Counted from the first letter of the stretch, positions 36,670 to 52,125 are shown. The stretch: 64,000 nt of DNA from Carcharhinus longimanus (GCA_030264375.1 JASCQW010000072.1:38673109-38737108), one strand, 5' to 3'. Numbers and translations are program-made. Notes: generated by a model from the letters alone, not told the origin.

Positions 36670-39065
36670 GATCACCTCTCATTCTTCAAAACTCCAGTGA
36701 CCACAGGCCCAACCTGCTTAGCCTTTCCTCATAAGACAGCCCTTTCATTCCAGATACTAACCTACTGTACCTTTTCAGAGCTGGTTCCAATGCAGGTGTA
36801 TCCCTCCTTAAGTAAGCCAACGAAAATTACACAAAGTACTCCGGATGCGGTCTTATCAATGTCCTGTACAGTTGTAACAAGACTTCCCTACTTTTATATT
36901 CCATCCATCTTGAAATAAAGGGTAACAAACCGTTTACCTTTCAACTATTTGCTGTACTTTCATGCTAACTGTTTGTGATCCACGTACAAGGACACCCAGA
37001 TCCCTTTGTATCACAGTATTCTGCAGCCTCTCACCATTTTAAATAATATTCTGCTTTTCTATTCTTCCCACCAAAATGGACAACCTCACATTTTCCAACA
37101 CTATATTACATCTGCCTAATTTTTGTCCTCTCACTTAACCTATCCATATCCTTTGTGGATTATTTCACCTAGATTATCACAGAGTCATAGAGACCCCATG
37201 AACCTTCCAAAATGGCTGGTGGGACTAGGATCTGGATGTTCTGGCCACACTTCCAACATATGTCATTTTTGTTGGTGGGGGAAATGGGGCCGGGCTGAAT
37301 TCAAACTGTTTGCTGTAGCAAGGGCCATAGCCTGCAGTATGGAAGTTACATCTTTTTAGAGTAGCTCTTGAAAGGCAGAAAGGGTCTGTGGAACTGTCAA
37401 GTTATTTAAACCTCCAGCCCTTTAAAAATAAAAAATCCTGCATCAGTGAGAGGAAAAACAATCAGATCTAGCAGTAATAATAGTTATTTGTTGGCATTAG
37501 CCTAAGGGCTATCATTGTGTCATTATTAATGACTGACTGCTTTCCACAACTGATAATTAACCCAACAATGGGTCCCTGGGTTCAAATTTTCAGTGGCACT
37601 CAAAGAGGTTACGAAAGGATTAGCTGCATTTTATGTGGGGTTAGGAGTATAACCTGTTTGCTTTATAAGGCATTACATAGTTGCGGGAATTGAGAAGTTT
37701 AGTATCAGCTTTTTTTTTATATAGCAAAGGCTGTAACNNNNNNNNNNNNNNNNNNNNNNNNNNNNNNNNNNNNNNNNNNNNNNNNNNNNNNNNNNNNNNN
37801 NNNNNNNNNNNNNNNNNNNNNNNNNNNNNNNNNNNNNTTAGTATCAGCTTTTTTTTTTATATAGCAAAGGCTGTAACAGATATTTTAAATATTTTTCATC
37901 ACCTGAGTTCTGCCCTTGGTGGATACTGGGTGAATTAGCATGGGGGAAGTAAAGGCAAAGAGTGGTGGATGACTTGGCATTGGAGCAATAAGGGGTCATG
38001 AATTGGCATCTAGAATGTGAGGGTCCATGGAGAGTGAGTGGGTCAATGAGTTAGCATTGAGGAGTATGAGGAAGTCATTGGGAATGGGTGAGGAGCATAT
38101 CTTTGAATATAAGTTGGCATGAATAAGTAATTGATGGGGGTGGGGGGATGGCAAGAGGGCCTAAAATTTGAGCAAACAACTGGAATGAAAGCATGTCTTA
38201 CAGCCTGCCATGATACTCAGATGCCTGTGATGACTTCTAATTTGCAACCAGAAGCAGTGGGCCTGATCCAACCTGCCGAAAGTGAAGAACCTGCTATTCA
38301 AGGGAGCTTTTCTCAAATCTGGTGCAGCAAGCTAAGAAAATTCCTGGTTCGCGTTACCCGCCTCAGGAGTGAAAACGCTCACACTATGTTTTTCTTCATA
38401 TCTTTGTATTGTCAGCAAATTTGGCCACAATTCATTTGGCTCCTTCATGCAAGTCATTAATATAGATTGCAAATAGTTGAAGCCCTAGCACTAATCCTTG
38501 TGGCATCCCACTAATTATAGTTTGTCTGCCTAGAATGATCTGTTCTCTTGACTTTATTTTCTGCTAGTTAAGCAATCCATTTTATCCATGTTAATATATT
38601 ACCCCAACACTCTGATCTTGTGCAGTAACCTTTTACATGTCCCCTTATGCCTTTTAGAAATCCAAATACACAATATTTACTGGTTTTCCTTCATCTATCT
38701 TGCTTGTTATTTTCTCAAGGAACACAAATAAATTTGACAAACTTTTCACAAAACCATGTTGACTTTGTTTGATTGTATTATAACTTTCTAAAAGTTTTGA
38801 TACTACTTCTTTAATAATGGATTCTAGCATTTTCCCAATAGTAGATGTTAGGCTAACTGGCCTATACTTTCCTGCTTTCTGTCTCCTTCCTTTTTGACAG
38901 AGATATCACTTCTGTGGTTTTCTAATCCACTGGGATCTTTCCAGAATCTAGGAAATTTTGGAAGATTACAACCAAGCATCCACTATTTCTTCAGCCACTA
39001 CTTTTAAGACCCAGGACGCAGTCCATCGGGTCCTGGGGACCTATTAGTCCCATTAGCTTTTTCTA
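36670..39065 (-). mobile_element. CR1 LINE fragments (36670-37160 and 38400-39065) split by a MITE-like insert
   Basis: caaggacacccagatcc...ggacaacctcacattttcc; ccactaattatagtttg...aaaccatgttgact...gtcctggggac (PGPDG motif). Confidence 0.8.
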
Positions 39066-39834
39066 GTAATAAAATTTCTTTCCTCCTTCTTAAGGTAGGT
39101 GAAGGAAAGTATCATATGGGTCACAGCAAAAAATCCAGTTGGCACACGGAAAGCTGCTCTCTGGTTAGACCATAAATAATTTCTGCTAACATTGAACCTT
39201 TCTCAAAGCTAACTAATATCAAATAAAATTGATGAAAAATAGCTTTTCTCAGATGAGTTTATTATGCAAAACTCCAGAATATCTACCTAAATTCCTATTC
39301 TAGATTATCTGTCTTTGATCAATTCAGCATGGTTTTTCTTTGCTTCCAGTTGTTAAAGAACAAATTATTCCATTAGGATTTAGTCATCTGTTTGAACCTC
39401 TTCCTATTATTATCTAGAAGCAAATGTAGCTTTTTTAATACATTTGTTAATCAACTTAACTAATTGATTGTTCACCATTCTCCTGCACTGAAGAGCCAAC
39501 TATCACAATACAGACACGCAATAGAGACATTAATCTGTATTTCATATGAATGCCAAAGATTTATTAGAGGAGGCTTTGTGTTGGCTTCATTAGATTCAGG
39601 GAGGAGTTACTGGGGATGAATTTTGATGGATGGGGGAGAGGTTATGGAGGGGGAGAGGGGTATGGAGGGTGAGTCTCCTGCTCATCTCCTAGAAGTTCAA
39701 TGAAAAAAGCAAGTAAACCATAAGTGAAATACAATTTCCTCGGGTTCCATAGCTCTTCCACAAAAGTTACTGTAGGGGAACAGGAGGGCCACCATGGAAA
39801 TATACCCTCTTGCATCAGAAAAGCCTTGCAATGA

Positions 39835-40170
39835 GGTAAAAGAAAATTAACTTCATTTATATGTTAAAATGGTAAAGCGCTCCAGGGTGCTTCATAGGAG
39901 CATCATCAAAGAACACGTCATCAAGTCACATAAGGAGACATTAGAAAAAGAAAAAGTCGGCTTTAAGAAGCATCTTCACGGAAGAGAGGTTTAGAGAGGA
40001 AATTCAGGAGCTTAGTCTGTCGGCTATTGGAAGCATGGTTGACGATGGTGGGGTGAAGGAAGTAGGGAAGTGTAGAATTGGAGATGTGCAGAGATCTTTT
40101 AAGGCTGGCAGAAGGGATAGTGAGTGGCAAGTCCATGAAGGATTTTGAAAACAAGGGTAAGAATCTGGAT
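39835..40170 (-). mobile_element. L2 LINE 3' end
   Basis: catttatat...ggtgcttcataggagc...gagaggaaattcaggagcttag...ccatgaaggattttgaaaacaagg. Confidence 0.65.
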
Positions 40171-43100
40171 CATGAATACCGTATAAAGTTGAACTCCTTC
40201 AGGTCTGGTGTCGCGAGACGTATAAGTGCCCATTACCAACATTCAATATACCGTTAAAAGATAAGGATTTAATTTTGTCACGGGTTCTCCCAATTATTCA
40301 CTATAACATTAGCAGTAGAGCTGCAAAAACCTCAAACAAAATGAGTGTGGAATTTTCCATTCTGAAGGTTATCGCGGTAGCAGATGGGAAATTGGACCTC
40401 AATGGATATGTGAATGAATTGAAGTGAAACATAAGCGAGTATGTCCTTTACAGGTTTCCCTACATCTCATGGCCATCAGGCAAGGACGGAGCCCTTTATC
40501 TGGCCTCCCACATGGCATTCCCATTTCACGCCACCACTTTCAGGTAAAGGACATCCTGAAAGGCCAGAGATGGGTATGCTTCCCATTCATACATGAATGC
40601 ATACGTAAACATTGCTCTTTAACCCGGATGATGACAGCCATGTGCAAATTATCTCGGGCTGACACTTCTCCGCATGTCTTTATCACCCTCTAATCTCTAT
40701 AAAGATTGCTTTGGCATCAGAGAAGACTAGCCACATGATCCCTTATTCAGTCATGACAATGTACCCTGGAGGATGGAGATTTGGACTCATGAGTTGGCTT
40801 ACTCTACCAACCATGCCCTTTGGAGGCCACCTCATTGCTCCATCATCTTTCCTATGAAACAGGAACAAATCTGCTGCAATGCAGGCTTCACCATCCAGAG
40901 AACACAAGTGAGCATTTTTGACATCCAGTTGCCTCATAATTGTTAAGGTGTCTTTTTAGTCCACCACTTGTGCTGACCTTGAATTTCACGCATCTGAAAA
41001 GACCCTCCTCACACTTCACATGTCTTGTGCAACTTTGTCACCGAGAGCAGCCTTGAAAAAATGGTGTGCATAGATTTTCAGTCACTTTTCACCACCTTCT
41101 ACCCTCCCCGTCACCCACCAACTTACACACATCATTATGGACCCACCCAACGTCACCATTTCTTTCTCCCCTGTCATCCTTGAACCTTCCCTTGTGATCC
41201 ACAATTCGCTTCCTCATGCCTTTCCTCCCCTCACAGCCAATGTCTATTACTATCCGCTCACTCTATCTCTGCCTGTTATCACAGCCACACATTTTGTCCT
41301 CCTTTGTGACCGTTACCAGATGCTCACCGTGGGCCTGACATTTCACTGCATCCCATGTACCCCTCTGACTGTGGCAGTTCTCCCCTATCACCAGAATCCA
41401 AGAACACCCCGAGTAGCTCACCTCCTTTACACTCTTCTTCAGCCCCACCTACCCCAGACACCCTTGTCCGGATCATTGAATCTCTGCTGCACAATTAGGA
41501 GACAAAATGTGAGTGTGTGTGGAATAAATGAATAACTTACACACAATATGTAGCTATAATACACGTGGGAAAGGAACAAGTTACAACAGTGAATTTATAA
41601 GCTCAGTATTTTTGCAGAACAGAGAAATCTGCTTTGAATCAAACAGTAACTAAGTACCAGGACAACACGTGAAATATAGAACCAGCGATAGAAAAGAGGT
41701 GGAGTAAGTCAGTAATTCCAGTGAGTGCTCCAGATATTTTTCTAAACTGGGAATTAATTTTACATGGAGTTTCTATTCTTTTAGTTTGTAATCCAGGATG
41801 TTCCTTTCATTTTGTATGATATGTGGACTAAATGGGTGAAATTTAATGTGGGCATCAAACATGTCTCTCATTGACTGGACAGCCAGTGAAAGCCCCAGAT
41901 CTCCTCCTTTCAGCAAATTACATGCCAATCAGCCAAATAACTAAGCAGTAGCAGACCTTCCCTAGGATCAAAGACCCTGAGGATAGAAATCCTGCCCTCT
42001 GAGTTGCCAGCCAAAGGTTGGCAGCTGTATATTGCTTGGCAGTGCCATTGGGAAGGCGGTGATTGCTGCTCTTAATATACATACCCAAGGCCCAGGATTG
42101 CCAAGGTACCCAGCTGTGTGAGGCGGGTGCCATGAGGAGATGAGAGGAATGTCAGAGGCAAGGAAAAGCGATTGGCTCTCAGATGCACCCCACTTTCGTG
42201 ATGCCAGGTCCCTCTATGAGGCAGTGAATGCCTAACAATAGGGAACCTCTGGGTGCCTGTTCACTCTTGCATTTCTTGTAATGACAAATAAATACAAGCA
42301 GTGCAGGGTGGGGTCCTTCAATGGGCATTAGTTACCCAATGAAAGGGCATCAATTAGCAGTGAAGTTCATAGGCCATTCAAAGACTCCAGCACCAGACTT
42401 GATCAGGGCAGATGTGGGAAGGTGACAGGCTTCTCTGGGGAGGGCAGTAAATTCCATCCCATATGTTTTTTGATCATTTGTTAAGTTTCTTTCTTACTGG
42501 GGAGTGTATGGTACTGAAGGGCAGCTGTTGCTGTCTGTTTGGGCAAGGATCAGTATGATGGCAGAATGTTTTGGTGGCAAGACCTTGTAAGAAAAAAGCA
42601 TTTACAGAATTAAGTCCCCTCAAGGAACCTTGAAGAGTTTGGCAGTTCAAATGACAGGCTCAATTAACTTGTCGTTTGTATTCAATTCCATTGATGCAGT
42701 AAATAGGCCCTAAGTATCTGGAAAAAGAACACTGTAGAAATTATGTAGATATCAGGGCATAACATCAGTGGATGCTTTTTGATTTCAGGAACAACAGCCT
42801 CACATGACGAGTACTGAACTATAACTACAATTTTCTCAGCAGATTCCTAGAAAATAAAACACACAGGAGGCAGGCACTGAGTTACAAGACATTCATTCAG
42901 ACCAGTTCTGATAACGTCACAAATGGTGAAATTGAGGCTCAAGGGGTTTATGAAAGTAGCAGAACTCAGGTATTCAATTACTCTGTAAACTTACTGCCAA
43001 CCATTTGTTATTCTATACAGTATGTTATGTATAGTTTTCACTTTTAATAAACATACCCTTATGCGTGTTGAACACAGTACAGGTAGTGCATCTTTAATGA

Positions 43101-44479
43101 AAGGGAATATGAGCTTAATTCCATGAATGGTGAAATAAATAGTGAAATAAATACATGCTTCTATCTATATTGTAGTTTCTACCTCTATATAACTTTTGTC
43201 TGTATTAGCTAGAAACACTCTCCAAATCAGTAAATTGATGCTCACTTAAGAGACAACAACTCTGAGACACAATGTAAAGACATTTTTGAAAATGAGCATA
43301 ATTCAATGTTAAGTTTTTTGAAGAGGGATACAAAGAATCTGAATGTTGCTTAACACAGAACTGGAACCTGTGTGCGTGGACAACGTAAGTTTAGCTTGAA
43401 GCATGTGGATTAGTGTGAATACGTGGGATGAACAGAGTGTGGGGCAGAGGAACAAAATAAAAATGTGAAGAATTGCACTTTATAAACAAACGATTATGGT
43501 AAGATAGATGGTGTTCCAATGTATTTGACTGCGGTTGACTGTATCAACTTTCACCAAATACCTTATTTTAAGCTCAAATATTTACAGCCAGGACTTGGCA
43601 TAGTTGACAATTTGTATTTAATACAAAGGTGGAACTTTGAACATTTGTGGCAGCTTTCCCTTTGCCTATGATCTTTGGCAGACTTCTACTATGTTAGTCT
43701 TTGGGTCTCCATTCATGGACTGTCAGATTGTGGCATGCTGACAAAGGTGAGATTTGATGCTTTTCTCTCATTTCCTTACTCTCCTTCAAAACTTAGCAAT
43801 GGGAATCCCATTAGCTGGTAGTTATTGAAGTTTCAAAGGATTAAGCAAGTGGGCTTCATTGAAATAGAATTATTGATCCTACAGTTTTATTCCTTTTTTT
43901 CTCTGAAGTCATCACTGGACTCCATTTGGCACAGTGACATAATTGAAATGGGCACTCATTGCGTGAAGGCGCAGCTGTAGCCTATGGGATTTGCAGCAGT
44001 TCTAAGACAATGGTTTGAATTGAACCAGTGATGTTTCATGGTGATAATCAGTGTTTTAGGGTCAATACCTGCATGCTTGTGGACAAAAATCAGTAACACC
44101 TTTCAGTTCTCTCCTCCGTGTTCTTCCAGAGTCTTACTTCATTACTGTTGCTGCTTCTCGCATTTTGATAGATGCTGACACTGTGGCAGGAACTCGGTAG
44201 TAAAGTTACATGGAGGTCTAAAATCTGACTAGCATCAAAATATGGAACCGTGTTTCCAAGTTAATTGCCAGTGGACAACATATAACTCACATATCTGACA
44301 ACTACAATTGCATTCTTAAATGTAGTGGTTTAGAATATGATTGTAAGTACATTCATAAACCAGGAGACACCATCCTGTTATAATTGGGCCAAAATGTCAC
44401 ACAGTATATACTCTTCCCCCTAGCCCTACACAACACTGGTACAAATTGCCACTGTATCAACATGCTCATGTTGCATACC

Positions 44480-46866
44480 GGTTTATTTATTGTCCTCTTT
44501 GAATATCAAACCAATATGAAAACCACAATGCACCTATTTCACGCAACAAGAGTCCCACACACCACCATCACTATTTCTGGATAAGTCCTGACCAACTGCA
44601 AGACAGACCCAAGCAAGATGCAGCATTGTGGTTCCCAGTTGGGAGGAAGTTGGCCTGCAAGTTCTCAACATTGGCTCTGGACCCCATAAATTCTCATGGC
44701 ATCAGGTCAAACAAGAGCAAGGAACTGTCCTGCTGATTGTCACCTACCACCACCGTTCAGTTGATGAATAAGCACTCCTCCATGTTGGACACCAATTGGA
44801 AGAAGCACTGAGGGTGACAAGAGACAGAATGTACTCCGCGTGGGAGAGTTCAATGCCCATCATCATGAGTAGCTCTGTAGTATCACCACTGATTGAGCTG
44901 GCCACATCCCAAAGGACGCAGTTGCTAGACTGGGCCTATAACATGTGGAGAAGGAACCAAGAGGGAGAAACCTACGTGACCTGATCTTCACCAATCTAGC
45001 TCTTACAGATGCATCTGTCCATGACAATATTGGTGGAAGTGACCACCACACACACCTTACGGAGACAAAGATCCATTTTCACATTTTGGATACCCTCCAT
45101 CATCTTGTGTGGTGCTATCATCTTTGCTAAATGGGACAGATTGAACACAGATCTAGTAACTCAAAATAAGGCATGCATGAGGTATTGTGAGCCATCCAGA
45201 GCATCAAAATTGTATTTTTCCACAATACGTAAATTCATGGCCCAGCATATCTCCCAATCTACCATTACCAACAAGCCAGGGAAACAATCCCAGTTCAAAG
45301 AAGAATCAGGAGAGCATGCCAGGAACAGTACCAGGCATACCTAATAATGAGGTGTCAACCTGGTGAAATGACAACACAGGACTAGCTGCATGTCAACCAG
45401 TGGGAGCAGCATTCCCGCAACCACTGAACCAGGTCAAAGCTCAGTCTTACCACATCCAGTCATGCGTCGTGGTGGAGAATTAAACAACTAACGAGAGGAA
45501 TAGGCTCCACAAATGTCCTCATCTGCATGGAAGGGATGCCCTGCATATTGGTGCAAAAGACAAGGCTGAAAAACTTGCAACCATTTTCAGCCAGAAGTGC
45601 CAAGTGGATGATTCATCTCCTGAGAGCTCCAATATTGTGAATGCCACACCCTTTAGCCAATGTGATTCACACCATACAATATGATCACAAGGGAGACAAG
45701 TAACTTTTAAAAGTAATTTCAAATCCACAGTTATGAAGGGAAAGAAATTATATCACAAGATTTCATATTTCAATCAGATAAAATTACCGTATATGTGTTA
45801 AAGCAATTACTACTGACACAGTGTTAAGTCAAAGAATTCCGCTATATGTTATGGGTCCTGAAATCTCCTTCAGTTTTCCTGGAGACTAACCATGGCATGC
45901 CACAGCTTTCAGGAATGCACTTTCATTCTCCATGTTCACATTATTCTCCAAGGTATGCACTTTCTTGGGGCCCTTCCAGTAGCATCCAGCTAATTGACCC
46001 TACAACTCTCAAGCACCTCACTGTTTTGGACTTCCAAGCTCAAGCATGGGCCACACTGCATACTTGCTTAGTGATCCAACTGAAAATAACCCCTGGTTTC
46101 TGACAGCTCTTTGCTTCTCAAAAATGGGAAACAAATACTGGGCAAACCAGCCATGCTCACATCCTGTGAAAGATTAAACTTTAAAAATACCATTATTGAA
46201 TTCCCTATCAATATCTTAGGGGGTTGCCATTGACCAGAAACTGAACTGTACCAAATATTTAAATACTGTGGCTATAAGAATAGAGGTTGGGAATTCTGTG
46301 GTAAGTAATTCACCATCTGACTCCCCAAAGCCTGTCCACCATATACAAGGCATTGTCCGTGGTCCACCTGCCTGGATGTGTGCAGCTCCAACAACATTCA
46401 CGAAACTTGACACCATCCAGGACAAATCAGGCCACTTGATTGGTGCCTCATCCACCATCTTTAACATTCACTGCCTCTACCACCGATGCACAGTGGCAGC
46501 AGCATATACCATCTACAAGATACACTGTAGCAACTTGTCAAACTCCTTCAACAGCATCTTCCAAACTCGTGATCTCTATCACCTAGAAGGATATGGACAG
46601 CAGATGTATGTGAACACTAGGACCTGCAAGCTCCCTTCTAAGCCACACACCATCCTAACATGAAGATTTGAAATATATCACTGTTTCTTCACTGTCATTG
46701 GGTCAAAGTCCTGGAACCACCTTTCTGACAGCACCGTGGGTTTGCCTCGATCACGTGGGCTGCAGTTCAGGAAGATGGCTCCCCAACTTCTCCAGGACAA
46801 TTAGGAAGGGAAATAAATGCTATCCCAGCTAGGGATTTCCACATCCCATGAAAGAATGAACAAAAA
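44480..46866 (+). mobile_element. Internally deleted CR1/L2-group LINE copy (APE part 44480-45690; 3' part 46190-46866)
   Basis: DLIFTNLALTDASVHDNIGGSDHHT; PPAWMCAAPTTFTKLDTIQDKSGHLIG; tail ccacatcccatgaaagaatgaacaaaaa. Confidence 0.85.
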
Positions 46867-49800
46867 TACTTGATCACATTCTGATGTAAATCCAAAGCAT
46901 TCCAAATTTACAACATTCTGACTTGCCTCTAAGTAAAAGGTCAAACCCCCAATATCAATATCAAACTTCTTTCTCACTGAAGCATTATAGCCTTCACATT
47001 TCATAGTTCATTTAATTAAAGCAAGCTCTACTCAAATTGGTTATGATAGCATACCTCATACCTAAACAACCAAATTATTTTGTAGAAAATCCATTAGATT
47101 AGCTTCAATGAGTATTCTCTGACATAATTTTCACAAACTGGGAAAGAATAGGCTCTAATCCTACAAATGTGTAATTGGACTATTTAACAGGCAAGTAACT
47201 AGTCACCTAGGATGCCACTAAATAAAAGTTTATTGCTGCCAAAAATCAGTCTGCGAGGTTACAGCTGCACAGCACACGACAATATCTCATTAAAACCATA
47301 CATTAACCTTTCCGGTACTCAAAGTGCTCTGCAACGAAGCAGAACATTTTCAACAGTATAGTACCTTTGTATTTTGATAAGAAAAAGAGATTGTCAACAG
47401 ATTCTGACAAGGTGCATCTTACACCAAAATCCTGAACACAAAGGATTGTGGAATATTGAAATCCTCCTCATACTCCCCACAAGGTGTAGGAGAATGGATT
47501 CTGACACTCCTAATATGACAAATCTGAGGGCATAATCGTCATAAGAAGTTTATGTTTGATTTAAATTCTGCAGTAAGATTTATATTTATGGTGATTAAGG
47601 TGAAGCATTCCCTTCACAAATCACATTTTTAAACTTTCCATTTTACTGCACTCTGAAATATTTTGCCAAACAGGGTTGTAGATTGTCATATTACATGATA
47701 CGCATGAGACCTCTCAAGGTTTCCATAATCAACACTTGCCCACACTAAATCTGGCTCTAAACTCACCTTTGGGAGCAGTATAAAAAAAAAAGGTGAGTTT
47801 TGCTGGGGAGAATGCCTTACTAAACTTTATCACCAAAAAGGGTATTATTAGCACTGTCTGACATACCGATGGTCAAATGAAAGAGCAATACAATCCGAAC
47901 ATACAGGAGAAATTATTTATTAGTAGTCATGGAAACCAATTCAGAACTACTTTCATGACTTAGTAATTTCAAACTGCTCATGAAACCGGTTTAAGTTTCA
48001 TCCAGGTTTTCTGCAATGAACTAGCCAAAATGAACAAAATTTAACCTTCTAAAATTAATCAACAGCATTAAATATATGGATGCCAAAGTTAATCACAATT
48101 CTTCAACCTCTTAAAGGCTGGTGGGGATATTGTTGGAGAGGCCAGTGGGAGTGGCTGGGGGGGAGAGGACACCTGCGGGAAGCAGGGGGGTGGGGTGTGG
48201 CACTGCTGCCCAATGTGGAAAATGATAGTAAAATGAGTCTTATTACCATTTTATACTGGGAATTAAAGATAATTGAGTCTGATTAAAAGCGTTCTGTAAT
48301 TTCTAGAATAAACTCCATGATTAGGTGTGACAAGCCTCAGCTAGGCTCAGCCGAATAGGTTTCAATCCAGGATTAATTTTATTTTGTAGCATCATTTACT
48401 GGCGGATATCCAGTTAAATCACCTCATTGCCAGTGCAGCCTACATTCGAAAGGCCACCTTTCCTTATTTCACCTACTGTACCCCTGACCTCATAATAATT
48501 ATATCCCTCGCTAATGTTTTGCTTGTACACGTGCAAAGTCTTTGGCGTACTTGTAGTATCAGAATGCAGTCACACAGAAAGAATTGCAGCAGTCATGTTC
48601 AAGGAACTACCTGGCTGTGAGGCTGGAGCATAAACAGGCCAGGGCTGTTCAATTAGCTAAAGAAAAATTATATTTTTAATTCCGATTACAGCACCTGGTC
48701 TCAGTACACAGAGCAACAAGCCTTTCATGAAACTCTAGTTATACGAGAATGATTATGAATGAAATTGGTGAATTGATTTCTTCTCAATAACATGCTCATG
48801 ACTTTCATGTTTTTAAATGGTTGGGGGCTCAGTTCACCAAACCTGCAAAAAGAACAGGATTTGAGTTGGTTTTTATGATGGTAGCTGTTTGGTTCTGAAC
48901 AAACTAACTTTGTGAAGAAATATACTTTGCTTTACTTGCTGATTTTCTCCCACTGACCCTCTTCACCTTCAGTGATTTGACTCCTTGCCAAGGTATAGTT
49001 CCATGAGCTAACATAGTCATTGAACATTGGTAGGCTATTTGACTATAAAGGTACCACTGTAGGAATGCATTTCAAATAGCAGCTGCTGAGTAGAATTAGG
49101 AATACTAAGACAGACTGATCTCGCAGAGGGGAAGGGTGACATGTGGCCAGGGGGTGGCTGGAGGAGACAGGGGCAGGGGGGGTCTTGTTAGAGAGGCCAA
49201 TCAGGAGCAGATGGGAGGAGGTAAGCACATACAAAAGACATAACTTGGTGGACGGGGTATGGGGGCTGTTCAACTTGGAAAGGGGGCCCTTGCGGAACTG
49301 TTCCCACCCAAAGCCCAAGCTGGATGATCCGCTGGGCCTCCACAATCCCTAAACTCTTTCCATCCATCTCAAAATTGAGGCTGGTGGGAAATGGCTCAAA
49401 AGTGGACAATAATTGGCCACTTATGGCCTCAATTGGAATGAGGACAGGCAGGCAAGTTGCCCTTAACTTTACCCACTTCCCATGAACTTTAGGTCAATGG
49501 TTGGCAGGGCGGTGATAGGAAGACTTCCTAGGGAATTTATGCCCCCTATGCCTGCCTGCCAGGGACCATAAAATTCTGTCTTACAGCTAAAAGAAAATCA
49601 GGAGTGAACCAACTAGGGTGTGGTTTTCTCTTTATCAGTCACTCACTCTCTTCCAAAGTTTACTCCTATAATCACTTGATCAATGCCAACATGCCCCAAG
49701 GTACCAGGCGAACAGATGAAACTGGAGCCTTTGGACCCTCAAGCCTTGTTGGCCACTCAATGATCATGGCTGATCTGTACCATCTTTTGTTCACTCATAT

Positions 49801-49999
49801 TCCTAATCTATATGCTGCTCCTTGGTGATATCATCTACAAATCTTGTCTCAAATACAAATCACAGCCCAACTTTACTTTAGTATCAGCCGCCATGATTCC
49901 TGGATTGTTGGTCTACTGTTCAACTGGCTGTCTTACATCACATCCCATCTGAGACAAAGCTTTCTTCAACTCATCACTGACCCAACTGAAGCCATAAAT

Positions 50000-50142
50000 G
50001 TAAAATACTGTAGATTCTGTAAATCTGAAATAAAAACAGACAATTTTGAAGAAGAGTCATATTCAACTAGAAACACGAGCTCTGTTTCTCTCTTCATGGA
50101 TGCTGCCAGGCCTGTTGTATATTTCCAGCACTTCTTTTTTCA
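50000..50142. mobile_element. Short Penelope terminal fragment with internal inversion
   Basis: aaatactgtagattctgtaaatctgaaataaaaacaga followed by the opposite-orientation gaagaagagtcat...tttccagcacttc. Confidence 0.65.
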
Positions 50143-50169
50143 TTTATGACTGAAATCATCTCACTTCAG

Positions 50170-50760
50170 ACACTGACAGAACCTTTGCATGTCAGCAGCC
50201 TTTTACCTCTTGGCTCAAACTTGATGTTGTTCTTGACCCACCAGTGAACCTACAACTGGTCCTCTGCCAAAACCCAAGAATATAATCTACGACTGCCCCT
50301 AACACAGCAATGCTGCCAATGAAACTGTTCATAGCCTGATTTTTCCCCGGTTTCCTCAGCTCTACATGACACAAACCCACAACCCATTCAGGATTCTATT
50401 GGCTGCATGAGGTCCTGTATCCTGTCACTCCTGTTCTTGCTGACTTTCACAGTTCACTTGCACTCTGATTTGCAATCCTTCTCTTAGACTTCAAATCTTT
50501 TCAATCTATGTCAGTTATTTTCTGAAGTCTTATGTCTCAGTATTGGTCTGAAGTCCATCTTCTCAGCTGTCTCTGACTGCTCTCTTTTCTCCATCCTATG
50601 TTCAATATTGGTTCCAGAACCTTCTGTTGTCTTCAGCAATCAGCGCTCTGCATTTATTTTCTCAACATCTTTGCATTGCTGCCTCTGCTCAAAACTTACC
50701 ACTTGCTTTTGGTTATTCCCCCTAATTTACATTTATTCCCCTTTCCATGTCACAGGTTCT
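50170..50760 (+). mobile_element. Old L2 LINE fragment
   Basis: cctgtcactcctgttcttgctgac...gaaccttctgttgtcttcagc...ctcaaaacttaccact resembles an L2 3' region. Confidence 0.45.
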
Positions 50761-52019
50761 CCTGTGAAGGACAAAGATCTGTTAATGAACAGAAGTTCAT
50801 CAAAGCTCCTTGATATTGTATACAAGTTCCAAGCAGCTAGTCACACAGCAGCAGAAAAAATGATAACCAGGAAAACTACATGTCCTATTTAACTTTCGAT
50901 AGGAAAAATTTGTCAGTATTTACTTGAAGCAACATTATTAACAATTCATCATGAATATTAAACTCAACAAATCTTCCCCAAGGTTGAGGTTATCAGCAAT
51001 TGTTAGCCATGAAAATATTCAGCATCTGAAAGTTAAACGTATTGAATTAAATTATTGCTGTGATCTTCAGACTGATTTGTTAGTTCAAACAAAGGCACAT
51101 GAGAACAGAGAAAATTCATGATTACTCAATCTTCTCATATTCATCAATTCATCATACATCAACCTTTTTGCACCCACAAAAACCATTAGCAGCAGCCCAC
51201 TGGGCATGAAACTAAAAACCATCCCAGATTGCACTGAAAATTCCAAGCTCAAAGAGATTGCACAGGTCTGTTTTTTTAAAGAAAGATGGAAAGATGGTAT
51301 CGTTAATACATCTCATTAAGCAACCTTTCCAGTTCCATGGAAAACAGAATATACATATTTCACAGGAGATGTAAACTGTGGAACGATCACAGAAATGAGT
51401 TGAAAATTATATTTTTGCAAAATAAAAATCCTTCAAAAAGGTTCTGTGTTCTAAAAGTAAGTCTCACTGATTGCAGTTAAATGAAGGCTTCAGTGGGAAT
51501 GTGATGTGTTGGCCTCCTCACTTTTCCAGAGAGTCATTTCCTTAATTCAGTGGCAAGGCCCTTGTGCTGGTAACATGCTGGCTTGCTTTCAGTGTCTGTT
51601 CATGTAACCAGATGCCCCTCGTGCATATACATTGCAGAGTTCAGCAAAGCCAGCTAAATTCAAATTTATAGTCTGACTCTTCTTAAAAAAAAACTTTCTC
51701 CCCTTTGAAAATTATTGTTAAATTGTGAATGCTGCTATTTTGAGAAGAAACTGATGACTGAGGAGCTGTGGGTAACATTCACAATGATGACACTTCTGCG
51801 GCATTAATGTTTTGACACACATCGTTAGGTCATCATGATACAGGATGTATATTTCTGTGCTACTTTTCAAGAGCAGTGGTATCTCTTTCATAATTTGTAT
51901 TAGCAGTACTCCAACGCTTTGCTCCAGTAGGCCAGAGGATATGGTATTTTACGACAGCAGGAACATTAACAATAGGTAATAGGTATCATATTCTTCTGTT
52001 CCTAAAACGTAGCTGTACT

Positions 52020-52125
52020 TTTTTTTAATTCATTCATGAGGATAAGGCAGTCGCTGGCTGGCCAGCATTTATTGCCTATCCCTCATTGCCCTTGAAAGAT
52101 GGTGATGAACTGTCTTCTTGAAATA
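52020..52125 (-). mobile_element. 3' tail of the CR1/L2-group LINE
   Basis: attcattcatgagg...gctggccagcatttattgcctatccctcattgcccttga. Confidence 0.75.
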
